Positions 20,494 to 30,083 of a stretch of DNA of 64,000 bases are shown here, one piece after another. How positions within the stretch are numbered: the stretch's first letter is position 1; each line of letters begins with the position of its first letter. This DNA is from Candidatus Bathyarchaeota archaeon (lineage in GTDB: Archaea; Thermoproteota; Bathyarchaeia; Bathyarchaeales; Bathycorpusculaceae): assembly GCA_963775465.1 (NCBI GenBank), contig CAVZIW010000011.1, positions 15,913-79,912 on the forward strand, in the 5' to 3' direction. The position numbers and the translations under genes were made by a program. Below the pieces are notes generated by a model that did no database searches, was not told the origin of the DNA, and saw only the letters and a program-made list of their open reading frames with translations.

Positions 20494-21666
20494 ATGAAAC
20501 GAAACTGCCCCAAAATAATCGCCACTGTAATCATTATCTTTGGGCTTCTAGTTACAATTCCAATTGTCGATACAATAATTAGTGGACCAGTGGCCGCGAG
20601 CGATATTTTTGTGGGTTTAGATATTGGCTACGGAGATGACCAGACAGCAATTGAGCAAATCGACAAAGTCGCAGACTATATAAACCTGATTGTCTTGGGT
20701 TCACTTGACATAACCATGAATACCGAGAATTTAACCCGGGTATGCGACTACATATTCCAAAAAGGTCTCCACTTTATCGTTTACGTGGGTTTCGGTGAGG
20801 GATCAGAAGATGCGCCGCCAAGAGGTCCCAGCTCCCAATTCTTCAATAATGCAATTGACAGGTATGGCAACAAATTTTTAGGAGTTTATCTCTTCGATGA
20901 AGTCGGAGGCAAACTCATGGATGGCGCGCATTCAGTTAACCTCACCGCTGCGGATACGTATTCAGATGCAGCCATCCTCTATACACATCACCTCAACTTC
21001 TACTTGGGAAACGTAAGCCAATTTTATGCACCAGCAGATTTCCCACTTTATACGTCTGATTATGCACTTTTCTGGTACAACTACGTGGCTGGCTATGACG
21101 TAGTTTTTACCGAATACGTTGGTAACCAAAGCAGGGAAATCGCCACTGGACTCTGCAGGGGAGCAGCTAAAACCTTAAACAAAGACTGGGGTGTAATAAT
21201 CACATGGTCACATGAACTAGAATCCTTTGTCGAAAATCCTGAACAACTTTATGATGACATGGTGCTCGCATACCAAAATGGCGCAAAATACATCGTTGTA
21301 TTCAACTCGCCAGCCCAATTCACTCCACCCACGCAATACGGAACCCTGACTGAAAAGCACCTGGAAAAAATGCAGCAATTCTGGAACTACATCCACCATA
21401 AACCTTCAGTGGACCTTTACCTAGCTAATACTGCCTTCGTTCTCCCAAAAGACTACGGCTACGGGTTTCGTGGACCTGACGACAAAATATGGGGCAAATG
21501 GGAACCAGACACGCTTTCCCCACAAGTATGGGCAAACGTCCAACAGCTCTTAGACGCACATGCTATGTCTCTGGACATAGTGTATGAAACTAGAATCGAC
21601 TCTCAAACCTTAACCCTCCCATATAATAGGTTAATCTACTGGAACGGCACAGTGATTCAAAAATAG
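20494..21666 (+). CDS. Hypothetical membrane-anchored/secreted protein, possibly glycoside-hydrolase-like TIM barrel
   Basis: 390-aa ORF with GGAG SD, N-terminal hydrophobic helix, GVYLFDEVGG; function is inference only. Confidence 0.7.
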   Translation: MKRNCPKIIATVIIIFGLLVTIPIVDTIISGPVAASDIFVGLDIGYGDDQTAIEQIDKVADYINLIVLGSLDITMNTENLTRVCDYIFQKGLHFIVYVGFGEGSEDAPPRGPSSQFFNNAIDRYGNKFLGVYLFDEVGGKLMDGAHSVNLTAADTYSDAAILYTHHLNFYLGNVSQFYAPADFPLYTSDYALFWYNYVAGYDVVFTEYVGNQSREIATGLCRGAAKTLNKDWGVIITWSHELESFVENPEQLYDDMVLAYQNGAKYIVVFNSPAQFTPPTQYGTLTEKHLEKMQQFWNYIHHKPSVDLYLANTAFVLPKDYGYGFRGPDDKIWGKWEPDTLSPQVWANVQQLLDAHAMSLDIVYETRIDSQTLTLPYNRLIYWNGTVIQK

Positions 21667-21944
21667 AAAATCCTGCATACTTCTTGGATGTTGGATTTAA
21701 ACCAGGAAAGCAGCAAGTTTCCTATTACACATACACATTTATTTAATCGACGAAGTCACAACCTAACATTGGTTCAATTTCCTCTAATTATAAATTAGAA
21801 GGCATTTGAAAGTCGCTAACATAAGCAAATAAAAGAAGAAGCCTCGGTGACTTGTCCAGTTCACCCCTAGCCGGTCTTATTTCAACAATTACAGTAGTTA
21901 ATAGGAGTTGTCGATGAGGATTCGCTAAAGATACCAAACTTGTT

Positions 21945-22415
21945 TTACTTGGTTTCTTCTGGAAAGAGTTTTCTCCCTTTTTCTGTGAATTCAATTAAGC
22001 CAAGTTTATTGAAGAAGTCTATTTGATCATCTAGTTCTTCCGTTTCTACAAGTTTTCCATTGACTATACGGAAGAAGAAAACCATGTTCATTGTTATTTT
22101 TTTGCCTGTGGCGGGTAATGGAACACCAAAGAGGTTCCAGTCGCCACTATGCGTTCCGGTTGCTTTTACACGAACCCAGACTTTTTCTCCTTCAGAAATT
22201 ATATCCTCAATTTCTTCGTGCCAATCTGGGAAACCATCAAAAGCTAAAGTAAATAATTGCTTAAATTTATCTCTGCCTTTCTGCTGATGCGTACGATCAA
22301 CAAAATCTGGCGCTACAAGTTCTTCAAATATTCCCAAGTTTCTATCATTATAGGCTTCAATAAACCTGCTAAGAATTGCCTTATTCTCTTGGATTGTCAT
22401 TAAGAAATTCACCAT
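21945..22415 (-). CDS. SnoaL-like ester cyclase (NTF2 fold)
   Basis: ENKAI, FPDWHEEIEDIISEGEKV, GTHSG, PATGKKI, FRIVNGKLVE. Confidence 0.88.
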   Translation of the reverse strand: MVNFLMTIQENKAILSRFIEAYNDRNLGIFEELVAPDFVDRTHQQKGRDKFKQLFTLAFDGFPDWHEEIEDIISEGEKVWVRVKATGTHSGDWNLFGVPLPATGKKITMNMVFFFRIVNGKLVETEELDDQIDFFNKLGLIEFTEKGRKLFPEETK

Positions 22416-22548
22416 TAAAATTGTCTAAATAAAACTATTAAATTTTTCTTTTGATTTCCTTGTCACACTGCAATATTACATACTCACATTCGAACCCAAA
22501 CAAACAAGAAAAATGAAAAATTGCTGAGGTTTTCCGTTGCATTAGATG

Positions 22549-22668
22549 CAATTCTCAACCCCAGCGCCATGTAGTATGCGGATTCGTCACAAACCCTATT
22601 TTTTGGATACACGAATACTTATGTAAATTAAAAAAGTTCATTGATTCTTTCTGTCGCTTCTTTAGAGC
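22549..22668 (+). repeat. 120-bp direct repeat copy B
   Basis: 2450 bp downstream of copy A; begins CAATTCTCAACCCCAGCGCCA (degenerate tRNA-Cys 3' end). Confidence 0.92.
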
Positions 22669-23827
22669 CATTAATCGGTATTTTTGCATAATCAACTTCT
22701 TTATCAATGTTTGAAAATACTGTTTCTGCTAATAATTCAGGAGTGGTTTTTGAACAAACCATTTTGACGCCGGCCTTATGACGTTGACACCTGCTGGACA
22801 CACTAACTTCTTGTTCAAAATGCTGTTCAAGCGGAAAGTAGAGAAAAGGTTTTTCGAGAGCTGTCAACTCGAGAGTTATCGTCCCACCGCCAGAAACAAT
22901 ACAAAGGTCAGCAGCCCCCATGTGCCTGTAGAGGTTTGGCACATACCCTAAAACATCGATTCCTTCAGGTGCCTTAATCAACTCAGTTGATAAACGTGGT
23001 CCAGAAACCAAAATCACCCTAATATTGGGAATTCTTGATCTCACTAAAGGGTATGCTCTAATACATAAATCAAAAAGGCTTTTCCCTGCGATGGTACCAC
23101 CAATCGAACAAACAACAAGGGGTTCATCTTTATAACCCAAGAGCTTTCGAGCCATCGACTTGTCCTTATATCTCTCGATATCTTCAGGAACGACATATCC
23201 AACAAAATCCACCCTCTTCTCTGCAATTTTGCGACGATTTGGAAGCATAAATCCAAAGCTTCTGTCAGGCACATCTTCAAATTCTCCAATGAAAAAGCTC
23301 TTATCAGCAAGAGGCGGTTCACTTCTCAAGAACTTGAGCCAAAGCTTGTTAATCAAATAAGCGGCGAGATGGTCAACAGGGTTCCATGTGGAAGCGTCCA
23401 AGCCTAAAAAATCATAAATAACCACAAAGGGACATTTTTTCAATATTTGACTATTTACCATGGCAATCATAATATCGTACGGTTCATCCCCAATCCAGAG
23501 GTCAAAATCATAAGAATTCAAAATCTTCGCGTAGACTTCACCATTCTTAACCCAACCCTTTCGCACATTCATAGCCCACTGAACCAAGTTAGCTTTGTAT
23601 TCTTTAGCTGTTTTTTCCATAACAGAATTTGATGAAAACAATAGGTCAGCTTCGGGCAGTAGATTTTCTCCATTCCTCTTCAAAACATCTGATGCTGGAG
23701 ATTCAGCCATCCAAGATATTTCAATTTCAGGGCGAAGTTTTCTTAAAGCTTTAGCAATTTCAATATCTCTTCCAACATGCCCTAAACCGAGTGAACCACT
23801 AATAAAGAGAATTCTCTTCAATTTCAC
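22628..23827 (-). CDS. GT-B fold glycosyltransferase (GT28/GT1-like)
   Basis: GSLGLGHVGRD, SIGGT, GYVPNLY, GGGTITLE, HFEQ; GGAGG SD. Confidence 0.85.
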   Translation of the reverse strand: MKLKRILFISGSLGLGHVGRDIEIAKALRKLRPEIEISWMAESPASDVLKRNGENLLPEADLLFSSNSVMEKTAKEYKANLVQWAMNVRKGWVKNGEVYAKILNSYDFDLWIGDEPYDIMIAMVNSQILKKCPFVVIYDFLGLDASTWNPVDHLAAYLINKLWLKFLRSEPPLADKSFFIGEFEDVPDRSFGFMLPNRRKIAEKRVDFVGYVVPEDIERYKDKSMARKLLGYKDEPLVVCSIGGTIAGKSLFDLCIRAYPLVRSRIPNIRVILVSGPRLSTELIKAPEGIDVLGYVPNLYRHMGAADLCIVSGGGTITLELTALEKPFLYFPLEQHFEQEVSVSSRCQRHKAGVKMVCSKTTPELLAETVFSNIDKEVDYAKIPINGSKEATERINELF

Positions 23828-23964
23828 ATACCTCCTTTTGTGTCTTGTTGAGAGAACGCCTAAACCACAATTGCCTTTCTGCGTTTCTTGTATTTAGCTT
23901 GTTTCCCTTAAGGGATCAAACAGCATTTCAAAAATAAAAACGGTTTCGGAGATTTCTACACTAT

Positions 23965-23990
23965 CATTGAACGCAATTCCCAGCCCCCGC
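23965..23990 (+). repeat. Third degenerate tRNA-Cys 3' core (attR-like) followed by a T-run
   Basis: CAATTCCCAGCCCCCGC matches the tRNA's CAATTCCCATCCCCAGC at 15/17; the 26-mer from 23965 matches 22540..22565 at 20/26. Confidence 0.65.
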
Positions 23991-24196
23991 CTCTTTTTCC
24001 GAACTCCAATCTCTCAAGTGACTATTTGCATTTTCTGAAAAGCTTTCAATCGTCTATTGCACAAACATATTCGAATGCGTTTTCGATTAGCTGGCTAGTC
24101 CGTGAAGCGTTTTGGACCAAACTATAAGGTGCACTTCAGCATTTTTGTTTTAGCATATTTTAAATATCTAACCCCATTAACTAGTATTGGGAAAAA

Positions 24197-24400
24197 GTGT
24201 TGCAAGTACAAAATGCATGCTTCAATGATTTCCCTGATCAATGTGCAGAATGCCCAGATTATTGCGAAACAAAGGTAGAACCCCTAAGCCAATACCCGTG
24301 GCTCGCCGAGATTGTTACGATGTACCCGCCTAATTTTGCTAGTAAAGTGGTTAAAGAATGCAAGCGGTACCACAAACGAAAAGTTGAATACTCACAATAA
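24197..24400 (+). CDS. Small Cys-rich hypothetical protein
   Basis: CFNDFPDQCAECPDYC...ECKRY; TATA-like TTTTAAATA upstream. Confidence 0.55.
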   Translation: MLQVQNACFNDFPDQCAECPDYCETKVEPLSQYPWLAEIVTMYPPNFASKVVKECKRYHKRKVEYSQ

Positions 24401-24700
24401 CAAGAAGCCAAAACAACTTTGAAATACCAAAAGCCAAGAAATTTGACGTCGAATGAAAATTATCGGGGAAGAGCATCAAATTCTAGGGGACTTCTTGTAT
24501 TGCGAAACGCACGAAATCTGAAATCCGTCCGCTAAAAATCCACTTATTCCCCTCTGAAGGTCAAGAGGTAAAGCACGTGGGCCCGAAAAATTCGTCAAAA
24601 AATTTCGGGGAGTCTTGCAATCTTAGATGTTTCAATGAAGGAGATTGACAGCACTAATTTCTAGCAAAAAAGTTATGTTCCAGCACAACTGATATTCAAA

Positions 24701-24982
24701 TTGGTTAATGCCTTGTCAACGTTATCGACCAATCAGCGATTAAGGATCGCGTTAGGAGGATTTGTTTCCTTCACTGGATTCTTAGTTTTGGTCATTGTTA
24801 TTTTGGTTGCCACGGGTTCAGTAGAAATTCAAAGCCTGTTTCAAAGTGGAGTTATGGTTGGGGCAGTGGCATTTCTGGGTTTTTTGGATGTTTTCTGTGG
24901 ATTTTTCTTGGTTTTTAGAGAAAAAAGTTTGAAAGAATTATTCTCGTCCGAAAAAAAGAAAACCGACAATAATATTGAGTAA
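24701..24982 (+). CDS. Small 2-TM membrane protein
   Basis: Two hydrophobic helices; similar to 24938..25273 and to the permease C-terminus. Confidence 0.7.
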   Translation: MVNALSTLSTNQRLRIALGGFVSFTGFLVLVIVILVATGSVEIQSLFQSGVMVGAVAFLGFLDVFCGFFLVFREKSLKELFSSEKKKTDNNIE

Positions 24983-25273
24983 ACCTACGAACACCCACAA
25001 TCCCATACTCAGCGAACCACTTTCTGATGAAACCAAGATACCCGCTGTTTTCCCTGTTACACCCATAAATGCAAATAATAAAACAAGCAAAAACCCCGTT
25101 GCAATAACGGTTACACCTATGTATCTACTGATTTTCTTTGGAAATTGAAGTACTTTAAACCTTTCTTCTTCTAGAGACTTTTCAACTGTCTTTTGATATT
25201 GTCTTTCCTCAGAAACAGCGGGTTTGGAAGGCGCTTTGACAGTTATTTCCTTATTTTCTTCTTCTGAAGACAT
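24938..25273 (-). CDS. Small 2-TM membrane protein with charged N-terminus
   Basis: GGAGG SD; two TM helices ending GLLNIIVGFLFFGRE. Confidence 0.75.
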   Translation of the reverse strand: MSSEEENKEITVKAPSKPAVSEERQYQKTVEKSLEEERFKVLQFPKKISRYIGVTVIATGFLLVLLFAFMGVTGKTAGILVSSESGSLSMGLWVFVGLLNIIVGFLFFGRE

Positions 25274-25403
25274 ACAAAGCTCGCCTCCGAGACATTACCA
25301 TTTAATGTTTACAAGTTAAAAATTCTTTGCCTTCAGTCCCATTCGTTGGAACCAAAGAGCAAGTCTTATAGCTCTCTAGCGGGATATCCAGTTAGGTTGA
25401 TGG

Positions 25404-27044
25404 TTGACTGCTTTGCAAAAATCCACGGAAAAAACCATTCTGCCTTTTGCGACTTATCAAACCAACGAAGTCTTCAACGACGATGCCGAGAAAGCTGCAG
25501 TTTTCTGTACCGCAGAACTAGATAGACAAAAAGGCGGAAGATTCTTCAAGAAACAAGATTCCGAAAAAATAGTTTTCATTTCGAAAGTGCTTTACCCTTT
25601 TTGGATCGTACCTCTAAAGGATTTAAGTATCCTAATAGATGGATTAAACGTTCCTTCTCATACAATAAGCTACCCTATTTTACCCGACCTCAAAGCATTC
25701 ATAGAAAAACTAAGAGACCCGTCAATGACACGTCAAGTTCATGCAACCTTTTTAGCCAATAACCAAAACTACTTCCAAAATTCAAATTCGGTCCAGACCT
25801 TAAAAATTGAAGGTTTAATGAACGATACCGAATTTGTTAAGGAATTTTTAGAATATGCAAAACAGGCAGCAACAATTGATTCACCAATAAACGATTCTGT
25901 CCTAGTTACACCTGCTATGAATGAAGCTAATGTTTCAAAAATTGTCCAAAACATCGAAAACACAAGAACACAACTATCAGAAGAATTAGGAAGCCTTAAC
26001 GAAATTATCAAGCTCTTGAACAATAAAACTCGGGAATCTCAAACTGCCTTAAACAAAGAAATCAAATCCGTTGAGGATGAATACAAATTCAAAATCCAAA
26101 AAGTTAAAACTGTTTTAAAGATTAATGTCGCTAAAATCAATAAGGCATATTCAGATCAGGTTACCCAAATCACTAATAAGTTCGAACAAAAAATGGCAAA
26201 CCTTCACAAAGATTTTGTGAAGTTCGAAAAGGATAAAGAAAAGTTAGATATCGAAATCGAGCGAGCTGAAGCAGAAATAAAGACTTCAGCAATAAACAAA
26301 GATGACATAACTGAGCAAAAATGGAAGATAAAACGAAAAAAGCTGAAAGAGAAACAGCCAGAAATAGCTTCAAATTTGAAGGAAATTCAAAAACAAATAA
26401 ATGAAGCGGAAGAAATTCAAAAAAACGTCATATTTCAACTCAAACAAGATACAGAGCTGAAGATTAAACAAGCCAGCAAAGATCTGGCTGAACTTGAAGC
26501 TTCCCAAGATGCAGAAATCAAAGTTTATCAAAATCAAATAGAAAAGATTGAAGAGTTAACTTCAAATATAATCAAAAAAGTCGACGAATTAGCCATAAGT
26601 AGAGAAAATACTTTACCGGAATTTGACCAGTTGGGAGTAAAGGAGAAGAGAGAAATGAAATCGCTGGTTTATATGCCATTTTACCTTTCATGCTACCAAT
26701 CTAAATCCAAAAAACGCTTCGCATACTTGGCTCCATCAATTGTAAACAAAGATTGTTTAAGCACTAGGCTAAAAGCTTTGGGAAAAACCAAAATCAGGCA
26801 ATTACTTGAACCGAAGTCAAAAAAGATAACTGCAATATTAAATGGGTTCATCCGCCTATTGGAAGAAAATATTGTTTTTAACCGAGAAATTTCGGAAGCT
26901 TGCATGAAAGCAAACCTCTTAAGAACCAGAAACGCAAGTGAGGCTACGAAGAACGGACTAAACAAATTAAAGCAAGAAGGTTGGCTATCAAACAGTGAAA
27001 GTGAGGATCTCAATCAAGCGGTCATTCAGTATTTTTCTGACTAA
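25404..27044 (+). CDS. Hypothetical long coiled-coil protein
   Basis: 546-aa ORF; K/E/Q-rich heptad region flanked by globular segments carrying LYPFW and YMPFY. Confidence 0.8.
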   Translation: MTALQKSTEKTILPFATYQTNEVFNDDAEKAAVFCTAELDRQKGGRFFKKQDSEKIVFISKVLYPFWIVPLKDLSILIDGLNVPSHTISYPILPDLKAFIEKLRDPSMTRQVHATFLANNQNYFQNSNSVQTLKIEGLMNDTEFVKEFLEYAKQAATIDSPINDSVLVTPAMNEANVSKIVQNIENTRTQLSEELGSLNEIIKLLNNKTRESQTALNKEIKSVEDEYKFKIQKVKTVLKINVAKINKAYSDQVTQITNKFEQKMANLHKDFVKFEKDKEKLDIEIERAEAEIKTSAINKDDITEQKWKIKRKKLKEKQPEIASNLKEIQKQINEAEEIQKNVIFQLKQDTELKIKQASKDLAELEASQDAEIKVYQNQIEKIEELTSNIIKKVDELAISRENTLPEFDQLGVKEKREMKSLVYMPFYLSCYQSKSKKRFAYLAPSIVNKDCLSTRLKALGKTKIRQLLEPKSKKITAILNGFIRLLEENIVFNREISEACMKANLLRTRNASEATKNGLNKLKQEGWLSNSESEDLNQAVIQYFSD

Positions 27045-28588
27045 TACCGCTTTTGTTTGGTACGGTCTGTTCAAACCGATTTTTCTTTTTTCCTGCGCTG
27101 ATATTAAAAAAGCCTGTCACAATGAGAATCAGGCTTACGGAAAGCTGGATGTAGTTTGGAATAAAAGGCAAGATATTGAAAAACGAAAAAATTGCTAGAA
27201 AAACACCTACACCGATACCTATGCCGCCTAGAGCAATTTGCGTGCGATAACGACCCACCATTCTAAGATAATAACTAACAAGAACTATCCCTGTAAGCCC
27301 AATGCTCGAAATTAAAGCGTCAATCGCATTTCCATCTCCAATAAGTACAGGAATAAAGAGAAGAGCAACTGAGAGAATGACCCCTAAAATTGGCGTAAAG
27401 GGATAAAGAGGTGTTTTGAAAGGTCGATCCATGTACGGCTTTGTTTTCCGCAATCGAATCAAAGAAAGGTTGACAACTGCAAAAACCAGAAGAGAGCCAA
27501 AACTAGCAGCATAACCTAGAAAAGGTATAGCACCCAGAGAGCTTAATAGCATAATGAAAACTGTTCCAACCATGACAGCGACATGAAAAGTTCCGTATTT
27601 CGAATGGATCGAGAGAAGAATTTTAGGAAAGTAGCCGTCTCGACTCATACCGCGGGAAATGCTAGATTGAATAGATAGAGAAGTTCCGAGTGCAGAAAGA
27701 CAAGCCGCCATTCCAGCAATTGAAAAGATTATGCTACCATAGCTGCCAAATACTCTGCCCGCTGCAAAACTCAGAAGAGGAACCTGCTCAAGAACTTCAG
27801 CAGGAGTTACGGTACTGACAGCCACTAATGCCTAGAAGAACATAAATGGGGATAATAAATAATGCAGATATTATAAGTCCTCGGGAGATGTCTTTTTCTG
27901 GTCTTTTAGATTCTGAAGCAGCCGCTACTATAGCTCTAGTTCCAATAAACATTGGAAAAACGTAAACTACTGCAGCGAAGATACCCGATATACCGCTTCC
28001 CAGGGGAGCAGGGGTAAGGTTTACAGTGGTGACACCCTGGAGAAAGCCTCCGATAATAAAACCTACGAACAACAAGATGAAAGCAAGAACAGCTATGTTT
28101 CCAATTTGCCTATACCCTCGAACTTCCACAAGACCCATGGCGATAATGAGAACTATTGAGATTATCCATGATTGAGCCAAAATACCGTTTTGGACTTGAG
28201 GGGAAATTGCTGAAAAAAGATACGAGAGTTGCAGGACAAAAGCCACGGCCGCTAGTGCAGCAGCAAAAATACTGGCAAGCCATCGGAAGCACCCAAAAAT
28301 GAAGCTAATGTAACCGCCATAGGCTGTTTTAATGTAAGTGTATTCACCGCCAACTTTTGGCATCGCTGTAGCTAATTCACAGTAGCTGAGCATTATTAAG
28401 AAATTGATCACTCCACCCAATGCAAGAGCAATAAGCATGTTAGGTCCTGCTAGATGAAAATAAGCATAATTTAGAAGCACAAAGATTTCAAAGCCTATTG
28501 CGCCGCTCAACCCTGCCATTACGATGTCAAATAATCCGAATCCTTTGGTTTTCTTGGTTGGGTTTTGGCTCACAGGTTTTCCCGCCAT
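27022..28588 (-). pseudogene. APC-family amino acid permease split by a single-base frameshift
   Basis: YCELATAMPKVGGEYTY in the N half; MSRDGYFPK and RPFKTPLYP in the C half. Removing one G at 27831-27832 restores YVLLALVAVSTV. Confidence 0.85.
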
Positions 28589-28800
28589 TCATAAATTAGA
28601 AAGATGCCGCTTATCAGAAATACAATGCCGAAAATAAAAAGCATAGTTACAAAGAAAAAGACTGTTTGATCTGGAATATTAAGCCATGATTGAACGCCGA
28701 ATAAATTGAAATTCAAGAATAATGATAGGATTAACGCGGAGAGAGCGATAATACTCTGGATTGACGCAAAAATGAATTTGACTGTAATTCTTCCGCCCAC
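28570..28800 (-). CDS. Small 2-TM membrane protein overlapping the permease start
   Basis: Two hydrophobic helices; overlaps the permease start by 19 nt. Confidence 0.7.
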   Translation of the reverse strand: MGGRITVKFIFASIQSIIALSALILSLFLNFNLFGVQSWLNIPDQTVFFFVTMLFIFGIVFLISGIFLIYEWRENL

Positions 28801-28890
28801 ACAGCTCCACTCTTCTAAATTGGGAATATTTAACTATATAATTGATTCGGAGAACACCAAGGTAGCAGAAAATTCTTTCTTAGGTGGATT

Positions 28891-29301
28891 TTATTCGTTC
28901 TTGAAATATTCCTTCAGTGGATTCCAATAAAATTCTGTCCAACCCTCTTCAATCTCATAGGCTTGCGCTTTAGGAACATTAGAGTGTACCATACATATTT
29001 CTGTGCCATCAGGGACTTTGGTAAAGGTCATCTCCAATTTTGAAGCAGGGTAGCCTTCTTCCCAATCCGTAGTAGTCCATTCTTGAATCAAACGTTTACC
29101 ATCTTCTAGCAGCAAAAATTTGCCAAAAATATACCCATCCCAAGCAGTAAATTTTCCGTTAACCGTGGGTTTTCCCGTTGCTTTGCTGTCAGTAAATTCT
29201 TCTTGTTTTTTTGGGTCCACATAGGAATCGTATACTTGTCTAGGAGAAACATTTGGGATTATCACTTTCTGTGTTATTGTTGTCACTTCAAGCTTTTTCA
29301 A
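28891..29301 (-). CDS. SRPBCC/AHSA1-like domain protein
   Basis: FTAWDGYI, LIQEW, HSNVP, GWTEFYWNPLK. Confidence 0.88.
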   Translation of the reverse strand: MKKLEVTTITQKVIIPNVSPRQVYDSYVDPKKQEEFTDSKATGKPTVNGKFTAWDGYIFGKFLLLEDGKRLIQEWTTTDWEEGYPASKLEMTFTKVPDGTEICMVHSNVPKAQAYEIEEGWTEFYWNPLKEYFKNE

Positions 29302-29371
29302 AACTTCACAACCAATAAGGTATAAGCTGGAAGGTTTTTTAACCTTGACGTTTAACTATCGTTTGATAAAA

Positions 29372-29572
29372 ATGGGAAGATGCACAGCTACTAGAGGTCA
29401 GCGCAGGATAGGCAAAACAATTCATAAGCTTGAGAACAGTGTAGAGTTAAGCAGTAAAGAAGGCAAAGCAAAATTAGCGGAGCAAAAATACAAGCAGAAA
29501 ACTCGAGAAAGCCAGGGATATACTGATGATTATCCAGTTCAAAATTTGCGTGACGCGATAAGAAGAAAATAA
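29372..29572 (+). CDS. Small basic hypothetical protein
   Basis: MGRCTATRGQRRIGK; ATG at 29372 follows a TATA-like TTTTTAA. Confidence 0.6.
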   Translation: MGRCTATRGQRRIGKTIHKLENSVELSSKEGKAKLAEQKYKQKTRESQGYTDDYPVQNLRDAIRRK

Positions 29573-29711
29573 TCAAAGTTGCCTAAGGAGAAAAATGCTA
29601 ACCTAAATCTTCAATGATCCGAATGGTTGTCATTAGCTGTGTGATTGCACCTTGAAACAACAAACCGTTTTAATCTAAACAAACAATATACAAATCACAG
29701 GCGGCTAGAAA

Positions 29712-29942
29712 ATGTTTAATATGGCTTGTTTGTCGCCCAATTTCACACCAGAAATTGAATGCCAATGCTTTGACCAAAAACCCTGTGACATACACATAGA
29801 TGATGGTGGCAACTTAGTTTGCAGACATGGAAGCAATGAAGGTCAAATTGACGGAATTGCTACTGTTATTTGTCCCTTAGAAATAGCGAATGAAAGAAAG
29901 AATTGGGAAGAGTTCCTAAGACAGGAAATAAATGGACCATAG
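29712..29942 (+). CDS. Small Cys/His-containing hypothetical protein
   Basis: CQC...C.IH...CRH...CP pattern; TATA-like TTTTAAT upstream. Confidence 0.55.
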   Translation: MFNMACLSPNFTPEIECQCFDQKPCDIHIDDGGNLVCRHGSNEGQIDGIATVICPLEIANERKNWEEFLRQEINGP

Positions 29943-30083
29943 TTCTTAAAGCTACAAAGGAAAGCTCGCTTCAAAATTGGTAAGGTAGCCGTAACTCTGA
30001 TCTGAGCAAAAATGACAAGCTAAATTTAGCTAAAAAAGTAAAATAGTGTGTAACTTACCTTAGTGTGCGGGAGTTAAATCTCG

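Larger units (their letters stand above)
20120..23990. mobile_element. Tandem integrase-less islets integrated at the tRNA-Cys 3' end
   Basis: Degenerate copies of the tRNA 3' end at 22549..22569 and 23974..23990 delimit units of about 2.45 kb and 1.42 kb. Confidence 0.65.

Noticed and set aside
21788-21994. 68-aa ORF
   Set aside because: Overlaps the SnoaL gene out of frame and has no motifs
20099-23990. Repeats considered as a CRISPR array
   Set aside because: Only 2-3 degenerate copies, kilobases apart and tRNA-derived; no cas genes in the window
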